Assembly: GCA_965205265.1 (NCBI GenBank)
Contig: CBDBGH010000003.1
Coordinates: 736,001-800,000, forward strand
DNA length: 64,000 nt
DNA from: Alphaproteobacteria bacterium
GTDB lineage: Bacteria > Pseudomonadota > Alphaproteobacteria > Bin95
Direction of reading: 5' to 3'
The notes under the pieces are model-generated. The model did not search any database, was not told the DNA's origin, and was given only the letters and a program-made list of their open reading frames with translations. A program made the translations under genes and the position numbers. Positions 18,132 through 27,573 of the stretch are shown here, in pieces (position 1 is the first letter of the stretch; the number at the start of each line of letters is the position of its first letter).

Positions 18132-19007
18132 TCAACCCGGCAGCCTTACCCTGCAATCGGCCAGCGGGAGGCCGGGGGTGTCGGTGCGGATGCGGAAGAC
18201 AGAGCCGCAATTCTCGTGCGGGCCGCCGCGCGAGCCGGTGACGATGTAGAGGTCGCAGAGGTCCGGGCCGCCGAAACAGACGCTCGTGACCATCGGCAGC
18301 GGCACGGGGATCGAGCGGACCTCCTGGCCCTCCGGAGAGAAGACCGCCACCCGCCCGCCATGCGCGAGCGCGACCCAGACCGTGCCGTCCGCCGCCACCG
18401 CGAGGCCGTCCGGCACATCCTCCGGCAGACGGGCGAATACGCGCCAGGGAGAGACGCCGCCCGCTTCGTCCACGTCATAGACGCGGATGAGCTCCGCGCG
18501 CGCGTCCGAGTGGTAGAGCCGCGCACCGTCCGGCGAGAAGCCCATGCCGTTTGTCAGCATCACCCCGTCCGAGAGCGTGTGCGCGCTGCCGTCGAGATCG
18601 ACCCGGTGCAGGTGGCCCGGCCGTGGCTCTTCCCCGCCGAACACCCGGAAGGCGAGCGAGCCGGCCCAGAGGCGGCCCCGGGAATCGGTCGTGAAATCGT
18701 TGAAGCCGATGGCATGCCCGGTCACGTCATTGTCGAGCAGCACCAGGCTCGGCCCCCCGGCGAAGGCCTTGAAGGCGAGATTGCGCCCGCCGACCACGAG
18801 CCCGCCGGCCTCGTGCAGCGCCATGCCGCCGATGCCCCGGCGATGCGGGAACTGCGCCGAGACGCCGCCGTCCGCGTCCAGCCGGAACACGCCCCCGTTC
18901 GGCACGTCGGAGTAGTAAAGGCACTGCCGGGCGGCGTCCCAGACGGGGCCTTCGATCAGGCCGTAGCCGGTTGCGAGTTCTTCCATCCCCTCGGCCGTCT
19001 CTTTCAA
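18132..19007 (-). CDS. SMP-30/gluconolactonase family protein
   Basis: [50 protein letters not shown]. Confidence 0.9.
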   Translation of the reverse strand: MKETAEGMEELATGYGLIEGPVWDAARQCLYYSDVPNGGVFRLDADGGVSAQFPHRRGIGGMALHEAGGLVVGGRNLAFKAFAGGPSLVLLDNDVTGHAIGFNDFTTDSRGRLWAGSLAFRVFGGEEPRPGHLHRVDLDGSAHTLSDGVMLTNGMGFSPDGARLYHSDARAELIRVYDVDEAGGVSPWRVFARLPEDVPDGLAVAADGTVWVALAHGGRVAVFSPEGQEVRSIPVPLPMVTSVCFGGPDLCDLYIVTGSRGGPHENCGSVFRIRTDTPGLPLADCRVRLPG

Positions 19008-19462
19008 GCGGTCTGCTCGCTGATCGGCACGTCGTCGTCCCAGGGGAAGACGATCCAGGTGTCCTGGCTCACTTGCGTGACCGTGGTATCCACCATCGGG
19101 CGCCCGGCCGGCTTGGCATAGACGGTGGCGAAATGCGCCCTGGGCAGCATGGCGCGCACGATCCTGGCCGTGACGCCCGTATCCACAAGGTCGTCCACGA
19201 TCAGCAGGCCCTCGCCGTCCTCGTCTTCCAGCGCCTTCAGCACCACCGGGTCGCGCTGGTCGCGGTCGTCATAGGAGGAGATGCAGACGGTCTCGACGAA
19301 GCGCAGCTCAAGCTCGCGCGCCACGATGGCCGCCGGCACCAGCCCGCCCCGCGCGATGCCGACAATGCCGCGGAAGGGGCCCGCCTCGCTCAGCCGCCAG
19401 GCCAGCGCCCGCGTATCGCGGTGCAACTCATCCCAGGTGACAGGAAACGATCTCTGGACCAT
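19004..19462 (-). CDS. gpt: Xanthine-guanine phosphoribosyltransferase
   Basis: [56 protein letters not shown]. Confidence 0.92.
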   Translation of the reverse strand: MVQRSFPVTWDELHRDTRALAWRLSEAGPFRGIVGIARGGLVPAAIVARELELRFVETVCISSYDDRDQRDPVVLKALEDEDGEGLLIVDDLVDTGVTARIVRAMLPRAHFATVYAKPAGRPMVDTTVTQVSQDTWIVFPWDDDVPISEQTA

Positions 19463-19464
19463 CG

Positions 19465-19731
19465 AGCCCGGACTTCTCACAAATGTCGTGGTCTGCGCGG
19501 CGCTGTCGGGCCGGCAGGGAAGGAAAGACGCGTAGCGCGATGCGGGACATCGGGCAAGCGGTTTGACGCACCCTGCCGGCCCGACAGCGCCGCCCTTCGG
19601 GTCGCGCCCAGGCGTCCGCCCGCAGCGTCGCGGGCCTCAAGCGTAGGCACCGCTACGCTTTTCGGCCCGCTCCTTGTGGAGCGAACGCCTGGACGCGACG
19701 CAGGCCGCGACATTTGTGAGAAGTCCGGGCT
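19465..19731. mobile_element. MITE-like element (267 bp) with 33-bp terminal inverted repeats and a nested internal inverted repeat
   Basis: AGCCCGGACTTCTCACAAATGTCGTGGTCTGCG (19465-19497) matches the reverse complement of 19699-19731 with 2 mismatches; inner IR CGCTGTCGGGCCGGCAGGG (~19501) / CCCTGCCGGCCCGACAGCG (~19571). Confidence 0.8.
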
Positions 19732-20920
19732 AAAGCCCCAATTGGTGCTTGGCGACGATATTGCGCTGTATTTCGTTGGACCCGGAATAAATCGAGGCGG
19801 CGCGCAGGAAGAGATAGCCCGGCAGCAGGCCATTGAAAGCCTCGTCGCCGACCGGCTCCTCGTTCCAGCCGTGGCGGAGCGCATTCACGTCCATCGGCAG
19901 CGCGTAGTAACCCGCCGCCTCGACGCCGAGTTCCGAGATCGCCTGCTGCACCTCGCTGCGCCTGATCTTGATCATCGAGGTGAGCGCGCCGAGTTCCCGG
20001 TCCGCCGAATAGGCGGCCAGCGCCCGCAGCATCACCTGCTCGACGGAAAGGAGCTGGATTTCGATGTCGGCGCAGCGCCGGCGGAAGTCGGCGTCGTCGA
20101 TCAGCCGGCCGCCGTCCGAGGCTTCCCCGGCGGCGATGTCCCTGACCCGCTTCAGCGCCGTCTTGAGCTCGCCCACGCCGCCGCCGCTCATGCGCTCGTG
20201 CTGGAGCAGGTATTTGGCGATCGTCCAGCCCCGGCCCTCCTCGCCGACCAGGCTCGAGGCCGGCACGCGCACATCGGTGAAGAAGGTCTCGTTCACATGG
20301 CGCAGGCCGTTCATGGTGACGATCAGGCGCACCTCGATGCCGGGCGCCGTCATCGGGAAGATGAGGAACGAGATGCCGTCCTGCTTCTTCGGCTCGTCGC
20401 CGGTGCGCACCAGGCAGAAGATCCAGTCGGCATGGTGCGCGAGCGAGGTCCAGATCTTCTGGCCGTTGATGACATAGTCCCCGCCGTCCCGCACGGCGCG
20501 GGTCTTGAGGGAGGCGAGGTCGGAGCCGGAGCCGGGCTCGGAATAGCCCTGGCACCAGACGCGCTCGCCGGAGAGGATCTTCGGCAGGTGCTCGGCCTTC
20601 TGCTCCTCCGTGCCGAAGGCCATCAGAACCGGGCCCACCATGCCGAGGCCGAAGCCGGAAAGCCTGGGCGCGCCCGCCAGCCCCGCTTCCTCGTCGAAGA
20701 TGTAACGCTCTGCCGGCGTCCAGCCCGCGCCGCCATGCTCCTCCGGCCATGTGGGCGCCACCCAGCCGCGTTGGTAGAGCGCGCGGTGCCAGCGCATGTA
20801 GTCGTCCTTGGCGATCTCCATGCCGGAGACGACCTTGTGGCGCACATCCGGCGGCAGCCTGTCGCGGATGAAGGCGCGCACCTCCTCGCGGAAGTCTTCC
20901 TCGGCCCGGCTGAACTGCAT
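19730..20920 (-). CDS. Acyl-CoA dehydrogenase (PimC-like)
   Basis: GWVAPTWP, WCQGYSEPGSGSDLASL, NGQKIWTS, NETFFTDVRVP, SIYSGSNEIQRNIVAK. Confidence 0.92.
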   Translation of the reverse strand: MQFSRAEEDFREEVRAFIRDRLPPDVRHKVVSGMEIAKDDYMRWHRALYQRGWVAPTWPEEHGGAGWTPAERYIFDEEAGLAGAPRLSGFGLGMVGPVLMAFGTEEQKAEHLPKILSGERVWCQGYSEPGSGSDLASLKTRAVRDGGDYVINGQKIWTSLAHHADWIFCLVRTGDEPKKQDGISFLIFPMTAPGIEVRLIVTMNGLRHVNETFFTDVRVPASSLVGEEGRGWTIAKYLLQHERMSGGGVGELKTALKRVRDIAAGEASDGGRLIDDADFRRRCADIEIQLLSVEQVMLRALAAYSADRELGALTSMIKIRRSEVQQAISELGVEAAGYYALPMDVNALRHGWNEEPVGDEAFNGLLPGYLFLRAASIYSGSNEIQRNIVAKHQLGL

Positions 20921-20953
20921 CGGCGTTCCCCCTCCTGCCGTTGCCGCCGAAGC

Positions 20954-21871
20954 CTAAGCACGCGCCAGCGTGGCGACAAGGGCAAGCACGGCCTTCATCT
21001 CGCGGTGCAGGTCGCGCGCTTCGTCCACCGGGTCCTCGGCAATGCCCGGCAGGATCGGGCGGCGGGTGTGCAGCTTCACCAGCGCGGCGGTGCCTTGCAG
21101 GCCGAGTTCGGCCGATCCGGCGTCCGCCGCCTTGCAGAGCGCCGCCAGCGCCTCCGCCAGTTCGGTCCGGGCGAGCCGGCCGGCATCCTCCGGGGAGACG
21201 GCCCAGACCTCCAGCGCGCCCGATTCGCGCCGGCGCAGCTCCGGCATTTCGGCGCTGAGGTCGGCGAGCCAGTCCATTGCCGCGCCCCGGTCGGTGACGG
21301 CGAAGGCCATGCCGGCGGCCGGCGGCAGGCCTTCCACGGCGAGCACCGCGCCCCGGAACACCTCCTTCACCTTGCCGCTCGTCACCAGCGATTCGAGCTT
21401 CGCCGGGCCGCCCCTTGTCAGCGCCGCGCGGGCGTAGCCGAAGGGCAGGCCCTCATGCTCGCCGCGCACGAGGTCGCCGCCGCTGTAGTCCGACCAGCGG
21501 CCGAAGAGGCGCGAGCGCGCCAGCATGTCCTCGGCGATGCGCCCGCCGGGCGCATAGTCGAAATCGCCCAGCGACTCCAGCACCAGCGGCGCGAGCGCGC
21601 TCTTCGCGCTGAGAAGCTGGCGGCGCGAGGGGGCGAGCGCCCAGACCAGCATCGCCGCAAACGAGGCGGCGCCGGTCACGACGAGAAGCTGGAGGCGGCT
21701 CTCCTCCATGCGCCAGCCGCCCGCCCAGGCGAGCAGCAGCGCCAGTCCGAAAGAGAGCCCGACCGCGAGCACCGCCAGCCCGCGCCGCTTGAGCGCGCGG
21801 TCCGTCGCCGCCCGCCGTTCGCGCACAAGCGCTGCCGCCTCGCGCACCTCCTGCGCGGAAAGCGCCGTCAT
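20954..21871 (-). CDS. Membrane-anchored hypothetical protein, DUF3137-like
   Basis: Two N-terminal TM helices then YAPGG...SRLF...GGDLVRGEHEG.PF...VFRGAVL. Confidence 0.55.
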   Translation of the reverse strand: MTALSAQEVREAAALVRERRAATDRALKRRGLAVLAVGLSFGLALLLAWAGGWRMEESRLQLLVVTGAASFAAMLVWALAPSRRQLLSAKSALAPLVLESLGDFDYAPGGRIAEDMLARSRLFGRWSDYSGGDLVRGEHEGLPFGYARAALTRGGPAKLESLVTSGKVKEVFRGAVLAVEGLPPAAGMAFAVTDRGAAMDWLADLSAEMPELRRRESGALEVWAVSPEDAGRLARTELAEALAALCKAADAGSAELGLQGTAALVKLHTRRPILPGIAEDPVDEARDLHREMKAVLALVATLARA

Positions 21872-21948
21872 CGCTTTGAAGGCCGATTGCCCGTCATGCC
21901 GACAGGATAGCGGCTCCTTGCCCGCGCCTCGACCCGGCGCCTGCGCGC

Positions 21949-22779
21949 TCAGTCGTCCGGCAGGGACTGGAGGATCAGGGTGCCGAAGCCGACCATTTGC
22001 GGGCTCGTGCCGCGATAGGCGCGGATCGCCGAGAGGACGGACCGCGTTTCGCCGGGCGTGAGCGGCGCGGGCTCCGGCGGCGGCTCGATCGCCGCCAGCA
22101 CCGAGGGGGCGAGCGCGGTAATCCGCCCGGCAATGCTCTCGCAGGTGTCGAGCACGGCAGGGTCGCGCAGCAGCGGCCCGAGCATGGCGGCGAGATGCGT
22201 GAGGAAGCCCGGCCAGTGCGCCAGGATGCGGTAGAGCCCGGGCACGAAGACCTCGCCGGCAAGGTCGGTCTCGAATGCCGCGAGCGCGGTCCGGGTTGCC
22301 GGCGTCATCGCCGTGTCCGGAACCATGCCGGGCATGGCAGGCAAGGGCGCAGGCAGTTCGGCCGGCTCCAGCGGGACCGGCGGCTCCGCATCGGGCGGGC
22401 GCTGGCCGAGCAGCCCGGCGAGCGAGGCGGCGGCGACGAGGTTGACGGGGCTCACGCGCGCGAAGCTGCGGCAGACCGTGCGGATTGCCGCGAGGCCGCC
22501 TGCATCGACCCCGAGGCCGGCAAGCTCCGCGCGCGAAAGGGCCGGCAAGGGCGACAGGCCGGATATATCGACGCGCCGCCAGGCGAGCCGCTGCGCCGCC
22601 CCGGAAAGAAGCGCCGGCCGCAGCGCCCGCCAGGCCCAGGGCAGGAGGCCCGGATAGGCGGCCAGATGCCGGAACAGCGACGACACATAGGGCACGGCGT
22701 AGGTCCGGCGGATTTCGCCATAGACGGCGGCGATGTCGCCCGTTGCCTCGGCTTCCGAAATCTCGCGAAACGATGTCAT
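21949..22779 (-). CDS. Hypothetical protein with duplicated DehI/AhpD-like helical repeat
   Basis: EAEATGDIAAVYGEIR..VPYVSSLFRHLAAYPG repeats internally as FVPGLYRILAHWPG. Confidence 0.6.
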   Translation of the reverse strand: MTSFREISEAEATGDIAAVYGEIRRTYAVPYVSSLFRHLAAYPGLLPWAWRALRPALLSGAAQRLAWRRVDISGLSPLPALSRAELAGLGVDAGGLAAIRTVCRSFARVSPVNLVAAASLAGLLGQRPPDAEPPVPLEPAELPAPLPAMPGMVPDTAMTPATRTALAAFETDLAGEVFVPGLYRILAHWPGFLTHLAAMLGPLLRDPAVLDTCESIAGRITALAPSVLAAIEPPPEPAPLTPGETRSVLSAIRAYRGTSPQMVGFGTLILQSLPDD

Positions 22780-22841
22780 AGGGGGCTCCGATTGCCTGCC
22801 CGGGTGCGGACTTCTCCCATGGAGGCCCTATAATGGAGCCC

Positions 22842-23117
22842 ATGTCCAGCGGAGCGGCCCTGCGCAGCTATGCCCGGCACGGCTCGGTCAGCCACGGCCG
22901 GCTGGCACCGGAGCGCCTCGCGGCCATTCTGCGCGGCGCCGCGCCGGAAGGCCCGGAGATCGCGCGGGTAAGGCAGGCGCTGCTGGAGACGCCCGCAACC
23001 GGCCTCGCGCCGCTTGCGGCCGATGTGGGCCTCACCGCGGCGGCGGTCGAACGGCGGCTGGTCGAACTCTTCGGCCTCGACATCGCCGCGCTCGACCGGA
23101 TGCAACGAGGTGTCTGA
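22842..23117 (+). CDS. Small hypothetical protein, putative antitoxin partner of the AbiEii-like gene
   Basis: 91 aa ORF whose 3' end overlaps the downstream toxin-like gene by 8 nt; TATAAT at 22829-22834. Confidence 0.6.
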   Translation: MSSGAALRSYARHGSVSHGRLAPERLAAILRGAAPEGPEIARVRQALLETPATGLAPLAADVGLTAAAVERRLVELFGLDIAALDRMQRGV

Positions 23118-23769
23118 CAACGCAGCGCCCTGGGCCGGCTGGCTGGCCGACGCCGTCGGCATTCTGGACCGCGCCGGCCTCGCCCGCGATGACTGGCGCT
23201 GGGGAGGCGGAACCGTTCTGGCCCTGCGTCATGGACACCGCGTCAGCCATGACATCGACATCTTCCTCGAAGACATCCAGTTCCTCGGACTGCTCAGTCC
23301 CAGACTGAACGATTTGCAGGTCCCCTACCGGGAAACGGCCAATGTCGTTCGCCTCGAATACGGAACCCACGAAGTCGATTTCATCGTCTCCATGCAGGTA
23401 TTGCCCGATGCTGTCGAGGACGAACGCCTTGCCGTGCCCGGTGTGGCGGGCACGGTGCGGGCCATGCCGGACGAGGAGATCGTCGCGCGGAAATTCCACC
23501 ACCGGGCGGCCGGGCTTGCCGCTCGCGACATATACGACTTCGCAGTCGTGTCCCGCGCTGCGCCGCGATCGTTCGAGACACCGGACTTCCTGAGCATCCT
23601 GCGTATCCACGGCGCCACGCTTCGCCATGCGTTGGGCCGCAAGGGCCTGCCGGAAGAATATGCCGCCATCGAAACCGGCGGCTATCCGGCGGCGCCCTCT
23701 TTCGAGGCGGCAGTGGAGGCGCTGCGGGCCCGCCTCGATCTGGCGGATGCCTGCGGCCCGCTGCCCTGA
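23110..23769 (+). CDS. AbiEii/AbiGii-family nucleotidyltransferase (type IV TA toxin-like)
   Basis: WGGGTVLAL.HGHRVSHDIDIF and EIVARK..R....RDIYDF; GTG start with GAGG upstream. Confidence 0.82.
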   Translation: MSDNAAPWAGWLADAVGILDRAGLARDDWRWGGGTVLALRHGHRVSHDIDIFLEDIQFLGLLSPRLNDLQVPYRETANVVRLEYGTHEVDFIVSMQVLPDAVEDERLAVPGVAGTVRAMPDEEIVARKFHHRAAGLAARDIYDFAVVSRAAPRSFETPDFLSILRIHGATLRHALGRKGLPEEYAAIETGGYPAAPSFEAAVEALRARLDLADACGPLP

Positions 23770-23889
23770 AAGGCGCCGGCTCCGTCACCGCCCGCCTTGC
23801 CGCAAACGGGCGCATTCGCGTCGGAAATCGGCCAATGGCCCCGGTCCGTCCTGTCAGGCTTTCCCGCAGGCAGACAGGGGAGGGCGGTC

Positions 23890-24972
23890 ATGGCCGGAGC
23901 GCTCATGGAACGCCTGGCCGCCGGAGAGGCGGTCATCCACGGCAGCGGCTACCTGTTCGAGATGGAACGGCGCGGCTATCTCCAGGCCGGGGCCTATGTG
24001 CCCGAAGTCGTGATCGACCATCCGGAGGTTGTCGAGCAGCTGCATGAGGAGTTCGTGCGCTGCGGTTCGGACGTTGTGCTCGCCTTCACCTATTACGGCC
24101 ACCGCGAGCGGCTGCGCCTGATCGGCAGGGAGCACCTGCTGGAGCGGCTCAACCGCGACGCCATCGCCATCGCGCGCAGGGTCGCGGACCGCCATCCCGG
24201 CACGATTCTCGCCGGCGGCGCCTGCAACACCAACATGTACGACCCCGGCGACCCGGCAGCGGCGGCAACCGCGCGCGCCATGTTCGAGGAACAGATCGGC
24301 TGGGCGGCGGAGGAAGGCGTCGATTACATCGTCTGCGAGACGCTGTCGCATCTGGGCGAAGCGAGGATCGCCATAGACGTCTGCCGGCAGGCGGGCCTGC
24401 CGCTGGTGCTCGGCTTCGCGATCCACCGCTCGGGCAGGCTCCGGGACTTCGACGGCTCGCTGGCCGAAGCCTGCCGCATCTGCCTGGACGAGGGCGCGCA
24501 GCTGGTCGGCTTCAACTGCCACCGGGGCCCGGCGACCATGTTGCCGCTGCTTCGCGAGGCCGCCGGGGAGGTGGACCCGGTGCGGCTCTGCACCTGGGCC
24601 GTCGCCTACCGCACCACCGCCCTGCAGCCGGCCTTCGGCGCGCTGGTGGACGACGCCATGCCGTTTCCCGAGGCGCTGCCGGGGGGCCTGAGCTTTCCGG
24701 TCGGGCTCGATCCCTTCCAGTGCACCCGCTACGAGATGGGCGATTTCGCGCGCCAGTGCCACGAGCTGGGCCTGCGCTATTTCGGCGGCTGCTGCGGCAC
24801 CGGCCCGCACCATATCCGGGCCATGGCGGAGGCCATCGGGCGCACGCCCGCCGCCAGCCGCTACAGCCCCGACATGTCGAAGCACTATGCGCTCGGCACC
24901 GACGAGAGGCTCCTCAGGCACAACCGGGACTACGTGCCCCATTTCACGGCCGCGCCCGCGCGCGCCGGTTGA
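23890..24972 (+). CDS. Betaine-homocysteine S-methyltransferase-like protein
   Basis: GYLFEMERRGYLQAG..PEVVIDHPEVVEQLHEEF, AFTYYGHRE, GFNCHRGP, GGCCG, HHIRAMAEAIGR.P.ASRYSPDMSKH. Confidence 0.85.
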   Translation: MAGALMERLAAGEAVIHGSGYLFEMERRGYLQAGAYVPEVVIDHPEVVEQLHEEFVRCGSDVVLAFTYYGHRERLRLIGREHLLERLNRDAIAIARRVADRHPGTILAGGACNTNMYDPGDPAAAATARAMFEEQIGWAAEEGVDYIVCETLSHLGEARIAIDVCRQAGLPLVLGFAIHRSGRLRDFDGSLAEACRICLDEGAQLVGFNCHRGPATMLPLLREAAGEVDPVRLCTWAVAYRTTALQPAFGALVDDAMPFPEALPGGLSFPVGLDPFQCTRYEMGDFARQCHELGLRYFGGCCGTGPHHIRAMAEAIGRTPAASRYSPDMSKHYALGTDERLLRHNRDYVPHFTAAPARAG

Positions 24973-25021
24973 AGGGAGGCGCCCGCCGGTCGTAAACCTG
25001 TCCGCAAGAGGAGGGGACCTC

Positions 25022-25963
25022 ATGCGGATTGCGGTTTACGGCGCGGGCGCCATCGGCGGGCACCTCGCGGTTTCGCTGGCGGGTGCGGGCGCGGATGTTT
25101 CGGTCGTGGCGCGCGGAGCGCATCTGGACGCGATACGCGCGCGCGGCCTCAGCATGGGCGGGCGCACGGTCCGGCTGCCGGCAAGCGCCGATGCAGCCGA
25201 ACTCGGCCCGCAGGACGCCGTCTTCGTCACGCTCAAGAGCCACCAGCTTCCGGCGGCCCTGGAGGGCGTCTCGGCGCTGCTCGGGCCGGAAACGGCCGTG
25301 GTGACGGCCATGAACGGGCTGCCTTACTGGTATTTCCACGGGCTGGACGGCCGGCGCATCGAGAGCGTCGATCCCGGCGGGCGCATACAGGCTGCAATCG
25401 CGCCCGGGCGCGCCATCGGCTGCATCACCTTCGTCGCGGCCGAAGTGTCCGCTCCCGGCACAGTCCGCCACACCGGCGGTGCGGAGTACCGCATGGGCGA
25501 GCCGGACGGGAGCCGGTCGCGCCGGCTTGCGGCGCTCGCGGACCTGTTGCGTGCAGCCGGCATCGGGGTTGCGGTCAGCGCCGACATCCGCACCGATATC
25601 TGGCTCAAGCTGCTCGCCAATGTCTCCATCGCTCCGGTTGCCGCGCTTGCCGGCGCGTCCGTCGGAGAGACGGCGCGGGACGGGGGCGCGCGCCATGTCG
25701 TCCGCGGCGCGATGGAGGAATGCAAGGCCGTCGCGCGCGCCTTCGGGGTCGAAATCCCGATCTCGACCGAGGACCGCATAAACAAGACGGCAGGCTTCGA
25801 CACGCACCGCCCGTCGCTGCTCCAGGACATCGAGCGCGGCCGCCCGCCGGAACTCGACCCGACCCTGGGGTCGGTGCGGGAACTGGGCCGCATGGCCGGC
25901 GTCGAAACCCCGGTGATCGACGCGCTCTACGCCCTCATCCGCCTGCGCGCCGCTTCGAGCTGA
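25022..25963 (+). CDS. Ketopantoate reductase family protein
   Basis: YGAGAIGG, ARGAHLDAI, TAMNGLP, IWLKL, SLLQDIERGR.PELD. Confidence 0.87.
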   Translation: MRIAVYGAGAIGGHLAVSLAGAGADVSVVARGAHLDAIRARGLSMGGRTVRLPASADAAELGPQDAVFVTLKSHQLPAALEGVSALLGPETAVVTAMNGLPYWYFHGLDGRRIESVDPGGRIQAAIAPGRAIGCITFVAAEVSAPGTVRHTGGAEYRMGEPDGSRSRRLAALADLLRAAGIGVAVSADIRTDIWLKLLANVSIAPVAALAGASVGETARDGGARHVVRGAMEECKAVARAFGVEIPISTEDRINKTAGFDTHRPSLLQDIERGRPPELDPTLGSVRELGRMAGVETPVIDALYALIRLRAASS

Positions 25964-26043
25964 CGGCCCGGCGTCCGGCCGACTTGACGATGCCGGGACG
26001 CCGCCGCTAGAGGTATGTTGCGGGAGGCAGCGAACGCGGTTCC

Positions 26044-27546
26044 ATGAATAACCTCGCAGTCAGGGTCCTCTCTGCTTGCCTCGTGGTTTTCGTGCTTTCT
26101 TCCTGCGAGACGGCCCGGAAAATCGGGTCCGATTTCGACAAATTCGGGTCTAACTTGCGCGCCCAGTTTCAGGGAAAAAAGGCGCCGGCGGCGAAGCCGG
26201 AAAAGGCCTCCCGGACACGCGCCGTCCATCACAGGACCAAACAGGTCGAACGCGACCGGCAGGCCCGGATCTCCACCGCGGCGCCGGTGGATCCCGAAAC
26301 TATCGAGGCGGTTGCGGAAACGGAACCGGAGCCGCCGCGGCGTACGGCGCTGGGCGTCCCGCTGCCGCGTCCCGCGCCGCGAGCGGCGGGGGGAGGCGAA
26401 GCGGCGCCGGAATTCCGGGGACAGAAACGAAAAGGCGTCGCAGACGGAAAGGGCGAGTGGCGTTCGCCCGACGGCCACCGTTATGTCGGCGCGTTCCGGA
26501 ACGGGAAATTCCACGGGCGGGGCATCTATTACTGGCCTGACGGCGAGCGCTACGAGGGCGATTTCCTGGATGGCAAATTCCAGGGAAACGCCGTCTGGTC
26601 GATGGCGAACGGGGATCGCTATACCGGGGAAGTGCGCGACGGGAAGCTGCACGGAAAAGGCATCTACAGCAGTCCCGGCGGAGAACTGTACGAGGGGGAT
26701 TTCAGGGACGGGAGATTTTACGGATTCGGCGACTGGACGATGGCGGACGGCAACCGCTATGTCGGCGATGTCCGCGACGACCGGTTCCACGGATGCGGCG
26801 CCTATATCTGGGCCAATGGGGAGTATTACGCAGGCGAGTTCCGGCACGACAGATTTCACGGCCTCGGCAGCTATGCTTGGCCGGACGGCCTCATGAAGAC
26901 CTGCGAATGGCGGGACGATGCGGAGATCGAGGAAAGCTGCGTCGAGCATCCGGCGGACGGAGGAATTCCCGAAAGAGCGGCAGCCGCCTGTTTCCGCACG
27001 GCGGTCTGGCGCGGCGCCCTGCCGGTCCCGGCCGCCGAGGGCGTCGCGGGGCGCGGAGAAGCGGAGAAGGCGAGCGCCGCGGTCCAGGGCGACGCCGACG
27101 GGGAAGAGGCAAAATATGAGGGCCAGCACCGGGACGGCAGGCCGCACGGAAGGGGCGTCCTCACCTTCGCCAACGGGGACCGCTATGTGGGCGAGTTCGC
27201 GGACGGCGAGATCGGCGGGCGCGGCACGATGTATCTCGCCAATGGCGACGTCTATGGCGGCGACGGCGCATTCGACAGCCGCGGCTTCCAGGGCTGCGGC
27301 CTCTATATCCGCGCGAACGGGGACCGCTACCTGGGGCAGTTCCGCGACGGCCGCTTCCACGGCCGGGGCACCTATGAATGGGCCGAGGGCGTGGCGGCCA
27401 CCTGCGACTGGCGGGACGGCGAGCGGGTCGTGGAAAGCTGCAAGGCCCACCGGGTGACGGTCATCGGCGAGCGCTACCGGGGCGAAGGCGTCTGCGGCAC
27501 GCTCACCGACTGGAATGTGAAGCAGAAGAAAAGATGGGGGCGATAG
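26044..27546 (+). CDS. MORN-repeat lipoprotein with two Cys-capped MORN modules
   Basis: Lipobox LSSC; about 7 + 4 MORN repeats (YxGxF.DG.FHGxG.Y...G); each module ends TCxW.....ESC..H. Confidence 0.82.
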   Translation: MNNLAVRVLSACLVVFVLSSCETARKIGSDFDKFGSNLRAQFQGKKAPAAKPEKASRTRAVHHRTKQVERDRQARISTAAPVDPETIEAVAETEPEPPRRTALGVPLPRPAPRAAGGGEAAPEFRGQKRKGVADGKGEWRSPDGHRYVGAFRNGKFHGRGIYYWPDGERYEGDFLDGKFQGNAVWSMANGDRYTGEVRDGKLHGKGIYSSPGGELYEGDFRDGRFYGFGDWTMADGNRYVGDVRDDRFHGCGAYIWANGEYYAGEFRHDRFHGLGSYAWPDGLMKTCEWRDDAEIEESCVEHPADGGIPERAAAACFRTAVWRGALPVPAAEGVAGRGEAEKASAAVQGDADGEEAKYEGQHRDGRPHGRGVLTFANGDRYVGEFADGEIGGRGTMYLANGDVYGGDGAFDSRGFQGCGLYIRANGDRYLGQFRDGRFHGRGTYEWAEGVAATCDWRDGERVVESCKAHRVTVIGERYRGEGVCGTLTDWNVKQKKRWGR

Positions 27547-27573
27547 GCCCGGGGGCTTTCACAGGGGGACCGA

